The notes beneath the pieces are model-generated. The model was not told the origin of the DNA. It saw nothing but the letters and a program-made list of their open reading frames with translations, and did no database searches. DNA of 62,709 bases from Agathobacter sp. (lineage in GTDB: Bacteria; Bacillota; Clostridia; Lachnospirales; Lachnospiraceae): the NCBI GenBank assembly GCA_045606325.1, contig JAZURS010000137.1, forward strand, positions 1-62,709. Direction: 5' to 3'. Both the position numbers and the translations under genes were made by a program. Below are positions 57,516-62,709 of the stretch, in pieces. Within the stretch, counting starts at the first letter, position 1, and each line of letters begins with the position of its first letter.

Positions 57516-57532
57516 AGATAGAGGATTAAGTT

Positions 57533-58018
57533 ATGGGGAATTCGATTAAAGTCGGTATGGCAGACTTAAAGGTAGCCAAAGCACCTGATTCGCTGATTAC
57601 TCTCGGTCTTGGTTCTTGTATTGGGTTAACACTTTATGATCCTGTTACAAAAGTTGGAGGAATGGTACATTACATGTTACCAGACAGCACTCAGCTAAAA
57701 AACAACTCCAATATTGCTAAATTTGGGGATACAGGTATTAAAGAATTGTATCGTTTGATGATTGCAAATGGTGCATCACCAAAGCGTATGGTTGCAAAAA
57801 TAGCAGGCGGAGCCAAGATGTTCGAAGTTAGTGGATTATCTAACGTGGGACATGTTGGTGAGAGAAATGCTGAACAGGCGAAAAAAATGTTGAAAGAACT
57901 ACATGTTCCATTGATTGCAGAGGATACGGGGCTTAATTATGGTAGAACTGTTGAATTATACTGCGAAAACGGTGATTTTTTCATTAGGGCTGTAGGGAAG
58001 TCAAATAAGACCATATAA
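57533..58018 (+). CDS. cheD: Chemoreceptor deamidase CheD
   Basis: LGLGSCIG, GGMVHYMLP, AKIAGGAKMF, EDTG..YGR. Confidence 0.94.
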   Translation: MGNSIKVGMADLKVAKAPDSLITLGLGSCIGLTLYDPVTKVGGMVHYMLPDSTQLKNNSNIAKFGDTGIKELYRLMIANGASPKRMVAKIAGGAKMFEVSGLSNVGHVGERNAEQAKKMLKELHVPLIAEDTGLNYGRTVELYCENGDFFIRAVGKSNKTI

Positions 58019-58033
58019 AGAGAGAGAAACAGT

Positions 58034-58348
58034 ATGAAAACAAAAGACATACCTGCAATGGTCATGCTATTAGCAGGCGGTGTATATTGTTTGATTGGAA
58101 TTCGCTATCAGATTCCACTTATGGATTTTTCCGTACAGTTGCTGATTGTCCTTTTGGTTTTTTGGATGATTGGCGGGATTGTCCGAATTGTTTTGGACAA
58201 ATTCATGGGAGAGATAGAAGATAAGACTAAGGCAGAAGAAACTGAGGATGCCGAAGAAAAAGATGCTGAAGGGGAAAATGAGAATTCAGAAGAAGAATCA
58301 AAAGAAAATCCTGAGGACGAAGGGGCTTCTTCTGAGGATGAAGAATAG
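58034..58348 (+). CDS. Small two-TM hypothetical protein with acidic tail
   Basis: Two hydrophobic segments then an E/D-rich C-terminus; tightly packed in the operon. Confidence 0.7.
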   Translation: MKTKDIPAMVMLLAGGVYCLIGIRYQIPLMDFSVQLLIVLLVFWMIGGIVRIVLDKFMGEIEDKTKAEETEDAEEKDAEGENENSEEESKENPEDEGASSEDEE

Positions 58349-58372
58349 CATCTAGAATTTGGGGCGATTTAG

Positions 58373-59137
58373 ATGAAAACAGTAGATACAGACAAATTAT
58401 GGAGTGAATATCAGAAAAAACCTACACAAGAGATTCGCGAACAATTAATACTAGCTTATGCACAGCTGGTAAAATTGGTTGCGGGTCGTCTTAGCATGTA
58501 TTTAGGTCATAATGTTGAGTTCGATGATTTGGTTAGCTATGGCATTTTTGGATTAATAGATGCTATAGATAAGTTTGACATGACAAAAAATGTTAAATTT
58601 GAAACTTATGCAAGCCTTCGTATTCGAGGTGCAATTCTTGACCAGATTCGTAAGATGGACTGGATTCCGCGTACGGTTCGCCAGCGTCAGCGTAAGATTG
58701 ATGAAGCTATCAAGATGGTGGAAATGCGTACGGGAAAAGCAGCTACAGACGAAGAAATAGCCATAGAATTAGGCATTTCAGGAGATGAATTGTTAGGTTG
58801 GCAATCACAACTTAAGGTAACAAATGTTGTATCGCTAAGTGAATTTGAAGAAACTGGCCAAGAACCCACTTTTGAAAGTGCAAATCGCAACCGTTTTGCT
58901 CAGCCAGAAGAAGTTGTTGAAGAGCAGGAGTTAAAAGAAAAACTTGTAGAAGCTTTAGAGATGTTAACGGAAAAGGAAAGAAGAGTAGTTGAATTATACT
59001 ACTATGAAGATCTTACTCTTAAAGAAATAAGCCTTGTACTTGAGGTCTCAGAGTCAAGAGTATCTCAGTTACATACAAAAGCACTACTTAAGATGCGCAA
59101 GAAGATGGGCGCATACATGGAAATTTTAATGGATTAA
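58373..59137 (+). CDS. sigD: Flagellar sigma factor SigD/FliA
   Basis: DLVSYGIFGLIDA, KFETYASLRIRGAILD..R.MDWIPR, SESRVSQLH. Confidence 0.94.
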   Translation: MKTVDTDKLWSEYQKKPTQEIREQLILAYAQLVKLVAGRLSMYLGHNVEFDDLVSYGIFGLIDAIDKFDMTKNVKFETYASLRIRGAILDQIRKMDWIPRTVRQRQRKIDEAIKMVEMRTGKAATDEEIAIELGISGDELLGWQSQLKVTNVVSLSEFEETGQEPTFESANRNRFAQPEEVVEEQELKEKLVEALEMLTEKERRVVELYYYEDLTLKEISLVLEVSESRVSQLHTKALLKMRKKMGAYMEILMD

Positions 59138-59156
59138 TAACGGGGAATTTGTATTT

Positions 59157-60755
59157 ATGAAAAACCAATACTTCCAATTGGAGTTTAGAGACACAATTGC
59201 ATGTCTTCATATCTATCCACCAGAAGATGGTGGAAAGATGCTCAGTATTACTGAAGTTACAGAATACTTGGCTGCAAAGAAGTTTGAACAATATAATTTG
59301 AAAGAATTGAATGCTGCTATTATAAATCATCAGGAAGATTCTGTAATTATGGTAGGAGATTGGGATGGCATTCCGATTCGAGAAGAGATTAAGGTCAATA
59401 TTTCATTAGATAAGATGAAGGTTACCTGTCGTTTTTATCCTCCTTCAGCAGGTGGCGGAAAAACACTTACTGCAGAGGATATTATCAGTGATTTAGCGTT
59501 CCGTAAAGTGAAATACGGAATTGATCAGGAAGCTGTTTTAAGTTTTTTGAATGACAGAAAGTATTGTACGGATTATGTGTTTGCTGTTGGAACACAACCA
59601 GTACATGGTCGTGATGCAAAGATAGAATATTTCTTTAATACAAGTAAAAACCTCCAGCCAAAACGTAATGAAGATGGTAGTGTTGATTATAAAGAATTAA
59701 ACACAATTAGCCATGTAAAAAAAGGAGATTTGCTGGCTCGTTTAATTAAAGAAGATCCGGGTAAGTCAGGAAAGAATGTCTTTGGCGAAGAAATTAAGCC
59801 TCGTACCGTTAGAAGTGCGAAGTTGCAATATGGTAATAAAATTTCTATTAATGAGGATAAAACAGAGATTTATTCAGATGTTACTGGTCATGCTAATTAT
59901 TTGAATGAAAAAGTATTCGTTTCAGATGTGTATGATGTTCCAGCGGATGTAGATAACTCTGTAGGTAATATAGAATATGATGGTAGTGTCGAGATTAAAG
60001 GCAATGTAAAGACTGGCTTTAGAGTTTGTGCAACCGGTGACATTATCATTCATGGTGTAGTGGAAAATGCCTATGTAGAATCTGGTGGACAGATTATTGT
60101 AAAACAAGGTATCCACGGAATGCACAAAGGTATGTTAAAAGCAGGTACTAACGTGCTTGCAAAATATATTGAAAATGCAAAAGTATATGCAGGCGGTTTC
60201 GTAGAAGCCGAAGCAATTTTAAATAGTGATGTATCTGCCAGAGGAGAAGTCCGTGTACAAGGTAAAAAAGGATTAATTAATGGTGGAACAATTCGTGCCG
60301 GTAGAAGTATTGAGGTGCAGTATGCGGGTACAGAAATGGGAACATTTACTACATTAGAGGTAGGTGTTGACCCAGAGAAAAAAGAAAGATATCTTGAATT
60401 GAAAAAAGATGTTTCAAAACGTGGTAAAGAGTTAGAGGATATGAAGGTTATCATCGATAACTATGCAGCTATGCTTAAACGAGGGGAAGTTCTCCCTAAA
60501 GATAAACTTCTCTATGTGCAGACTCTTGCATTAGATTATAAAACTAAGAAAGAAGAGTTAGAACCACTGAGAAATGAAATGCGTGTAATTCATATTGAAA
60601 TGATGGAATCGGATCGTTCTTATATTGCAGTGACTAGAACAATCTTTCCTGGAGTAGTACTTTCAATTTCGGATTTAGGATACAACATCAAGGATAAAAT
60701 GAATTATTGTAAGTTTAAGAAAGTGGACGGAGCAATTAAATCCGTTGGGTTTTAA
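59157..60755 (+). CDS. DUF342/FapA-family protein
   Basis: DGSVDYKEL, V.KGDLLA, DVD.SVGNI.YDGSV.I.GNV, beta-helix-like repeats. Confidence 0.85.
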   Translation: MKNQYFQLEFRDTIACLHIYPPEDGGKMLSITEVTEYLAAKKFEQYNLKELNAAIINHQEDSVIMVGDWDGIPIREEIKVNISLDKMKVTCRFYPPSAGGGKTLTAEDIISDLAFRKVKYGIDQEAVLSFLNDRKYCTDYVFAVGTQPVHGRDAKIEYFFNTSKNLQPKRNEDGSVDYKELNTISHVKKGDLLARLIKEDPGKSGKNVFGEEIKPRTVRSAKLQYGNKISINEDKTEIYSDVTGHANYLNEKVFVSDVYDVPADVDNSVGNIEYDGSVEIKGNVKTGFRVCATGDIIIHGVVENAYVESGGQIIVKQGIHGMHKGMLKAGTNVLAKYIENAKVYAGGFVEAEAILNSDVSARGEVRVQGKKGLINGGTIRAGRSIEVQYAGTEMGTFTTLEVGVDPEKKERYLELKKDVSKRGKELEDMKVIIDNYAAMLKRGEVLPKDKLLYVQTLALDYKTKKEELEPLRNEMRVIHIEMMESDRSYIAVTRTIFPGVVLSISDLGYNIKDKMNYCKFKKVDGAIKSVGF

Positions 60756-60770
60756 TTAGGAGGTATTGCT

Positions 60771-61088
60771 ATGGCGATTAGTCCGATTTTGAATAGTGGA
60801 ATGATTCAAAGAACGGATGATGTTGGAATGCTGAAACTTCAGCAGGATAATAGACCTTTAGTAGAACAGCAAAGTGCGCAGGGACAGATGACAAAAAGAG
60901 CTGATGAATTTAGCCATCAGGTGGTTACTCCAGCAGATTCTAATAAGACAGATACACATGCTGATGCTAGAGAAGAAGGAAAAAACAAGTATTTTTCTCA
61001 AAGAAAGTCGGATAAGAAACAGGTGCAAAAACAAGAAGATAGAGTAGTTAAGAAATATTCTTCTGGTAGTTTTGACATGAAAGTATAG
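60771..61088 (+). CDS. Hypothetical protein of the flagellar operon tail
   Basis: RBS AGGAGG; low-complexity sequence ending FDMKV. Confidence 0.7.
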   Translation: MAISPILNSGMIQRTDDVGMLKLQQDNRPLVEQQSAQGQMTKRADEFSHQVVTPADSNKTDTHADAREEGKNKYFSQRKSDKKQVQKQEDRVVKKYSSGSFDMKV

Positions 61089-61100
61089 AGGGAACAAGAA

Positions 61101-61811
61101 ATGGTATGGGCTGAAATTATTTTGATTTTAATAGGTGTTGCTTTCATTGGGGCAAGTTTTTATGTTACAGAAAGGCTTTCTCAGCAAGACTTAGACCAGA
61201 TTTCACTTATGAGTGAAGCGGAATTAAAAAGAATTGCAGACAAACAAGTAAAAGAAATGAAAAATAAAGTAGAGACTGAACTTGAAGATATTTTCGATGA
61301 AGCATTGGAAATTACAGAAAGAGGTCTTGAAAGAGAAACAAATAATAAAATTATGGCTGTTAGTGAATATTCTGAAACAGTTTTAGAGTCCATTAATAAT
61401 GCGCATAATGAAATAACGTTTCTTTATAGCATGTTAAACGAAAAACAGACAGAAACAGCTCAGATGGTAAGTGATTTACAGAAAATCACAAAACAGATTC
61501 GTGATATGGATCTCGAAACCACTATTGCAAAGGCAGAAACCGCTTCAAGTAATATGGCAATGTATGAAAAAACTTTTGAACCATTTGTTGCTCCGGTTGT
61601 AGAAGTGGTAGAAGAAGAGCCTGTTATAATGGAGCCTGTAACTGTGAATGAAGTTCAGGATGTGAAGGAAGAAGTACCAGTTCTTAGTAAAAATGAACAG
61701 ATTCTTCAATTATATAAGGAAGGAAAAGATGAAGTCGAAATCGCCAAGACATTAGATTGTGGCTTAGGTGAAGTAAGACTTGTCTTAGGGTTATACAATA
61801 ATGAAGCTTAA
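61101..61811 (+). CDS. Membrane-anchored coiled-coil protein with C-terminal HTH-like motif (DUF6115/SwrB-like)
   Basis: N-terminal TM, coiled coil, ILQLYKEG...EIAKTL..GLGEV.LVL. Confidence 0.7.
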   Translation: MVWAEIILILIGVAFIGASFYVTERLSQQDLDQISLMSEAELKRIADKQVKEMKNKVETELEDIFDEALEITERGLERETNNKIMAVSEYSETVLESINNAHNEITFLYSMLNEKQTETAQMVSDLQKITKQIRDMDLETTIAKAETASSNMAMYEKTFEPFVAPVVEVVEEEPVIMEPVTVNEVQDVKEEVPVLSKNEQILQLYKEGKDEVEIAKTLDCGLGEVRLVLGLYNNEA

Positions 61812-62400
61812 ATACTATTTGCGAGGTGTCGGAATCGGTATTATTTTTGCGACATTAGTAATGACCGTTTCCAGTTTCGTGCACAAATTTAATCTTTCGG
61901 ATGAATATATTATTAAAGAAGCCAGAAAACTTGGTATGGTAATGAAAGAAGAGTTGGATGAAAATAATGGACTCTGGGGCGAAGATGATACAGAAGATAT
62001 TAATATAGAAGAAACAGAACTCTCAGAGGATACTCAACAAACAGAAATTACACAGGAAACGGAAAGTGAGTCAGATGCTCCAGTGATTCCAGAAGAACCG
62101 GAAGTTCCAGTAGTACCAGAAACTCCAGTAGTTCCAGAAACTCCAGTAGTTCCGGAAACTACAGATGAACCAGATTTACCTGTACAGAATGAAAACACTG
62201 ACTATGTGACAATTGAGGTAGTATCAGGCGATACACCAAGAAAAGTAGGAGAAAAGTTGGCGCAAGCTGGTGAGGACATTGATCCAGAAGCTTTTATGAA
62301 GTATGTAGGTGCACATGGATATGCACAGAAACTTCGTAAAGGTACCTATACAATTCCTAAAGGAGCAACATTCGAGGAAATCTGTGAAATCCTTTTTTGA
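61801..62400 (+). CDS. Membrane protein with a C-terminal MltG/YceG-like N-domain
   Basis: YYLRGVGIGI TM, acidic linker, VTIEV.SG...LR.GTYTIP.GATFEEI. Confidence 0.7.
   Translation: MKLKYYLRGVGIGIIFATLVMTVSSFVHKFNLSDEYIIKEARKLGMVMKEELDENNGLWGEDDTEDINIEETELSEDTQQTEITQETESESDAPVIPEEPEVPVVPETPVVPETPVVPETTDEPDLPVQNENTDYVTIEVVSGDTPRKVGEKLAQAGEDIDPEAFMKYVGAHGYAQKLRKGTYTIPKGATFEEICEILF
62098..62160 (+). repeat. 18-bp in-frame tandem repeat (PETPVV, about 3.5 copies)
   Basis: CCAGAAACTCCAGTAGTT exact at 62116 and 62134, degenerate or partial copies on both sides. Confidence 0.85.
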
Positions 62401-62421
62401 TAAGAAATTGATAAAAAACAC

Positions 62422-62467
62422 TTGCAAGATAGCCTTTGGTGTGTTATGATACCAAAGGCTATTTTTA
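62422..62467 (+). promoter_or_regulatory. rpsB SigA promoter embedded in the fla/che terminator hairpin
   Basis: TTGCAA-17-TATGAT with extended -10; ATAGCCTTTGGT...ACCAAAGGCTAT inverted repeat followed by a T-run. Confidence 0.7.
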
Positions 62468-62496
62468 GGTCTAAAAATGGCTGTGTAACAATAAAA

Positions 62497-62570
62497 CACG
62501 CATACGGATGTCAAAGCCGGTGCTGACATCACGCTTGGTCAGTTACTTTGGCGATGAAGTGTGCGGAAGA
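62497..62570 (+). ncRNA. rpsB (S2) autoregulatory leader RNA
   Basis: CGCATAC...GTGTGCG closing stem with internal GGTGC, in the rpsB 5' UTR. Confidence 0.65.
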
Positions 62571-62576
62571 ATTTAA

Positions 62577-62709
<133 letters not shown>

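Noticed and set aside
62098-62160. Short direct repeats as a CRISPR array
   Set aside because: In-frame coding repeats without spacers; no cas genes
403-62532. Numerous 60-170 aa antisense or alternate-frame ORFs in the ORF track
   Set aside because: They overlap well-supported genes, lack RBS and motifs, and are expected shadows of codon bias

Overview
Core chromosomal segment of a low-GC, motile, spore-forming Firmicute; gene content and order point to Lachnospiraceae (inference). The left 28 kb is mostly housekeeping and sporulation genes: pfp 3' end, a sirtuin, nfnAB, cotJABC, gltX, a UvrD/PcrA-like helicase, an HD-GYP protein, an RluA-family gene, a sigK without pro-peptide, comM-dprA-topA-codY. 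The right 34 kb is a large fla/che cluster from flgB to sigD and its tail genes, followed by the rpsB leader and start. No rRNA, tRNA, CRISPR array, prophage or transposase was seen. Main leads: (1) a four-gene operon encoding a 1180-aa Ig/solenoid scaffold, a degenerate mini-Hsp70, a TPR protein and a membrane coiled-coil protein, with a GlgX homologue lacking catalytic residues about 6 kb downstream; (2) a three-gene DUF4160-type cassette next to a 3' remnant of a Type III restriction gene; (3) a two-hairpin RNA element between the TIGR02530-type gene and flgE; (4) a Na+-type stator with its own promoter and a long structured 5' leader; (5) one base (31892) that both removes the fliG stop and creates a stop at fliH codon 2. 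Family names come from recognition of motifs, not from database searches.
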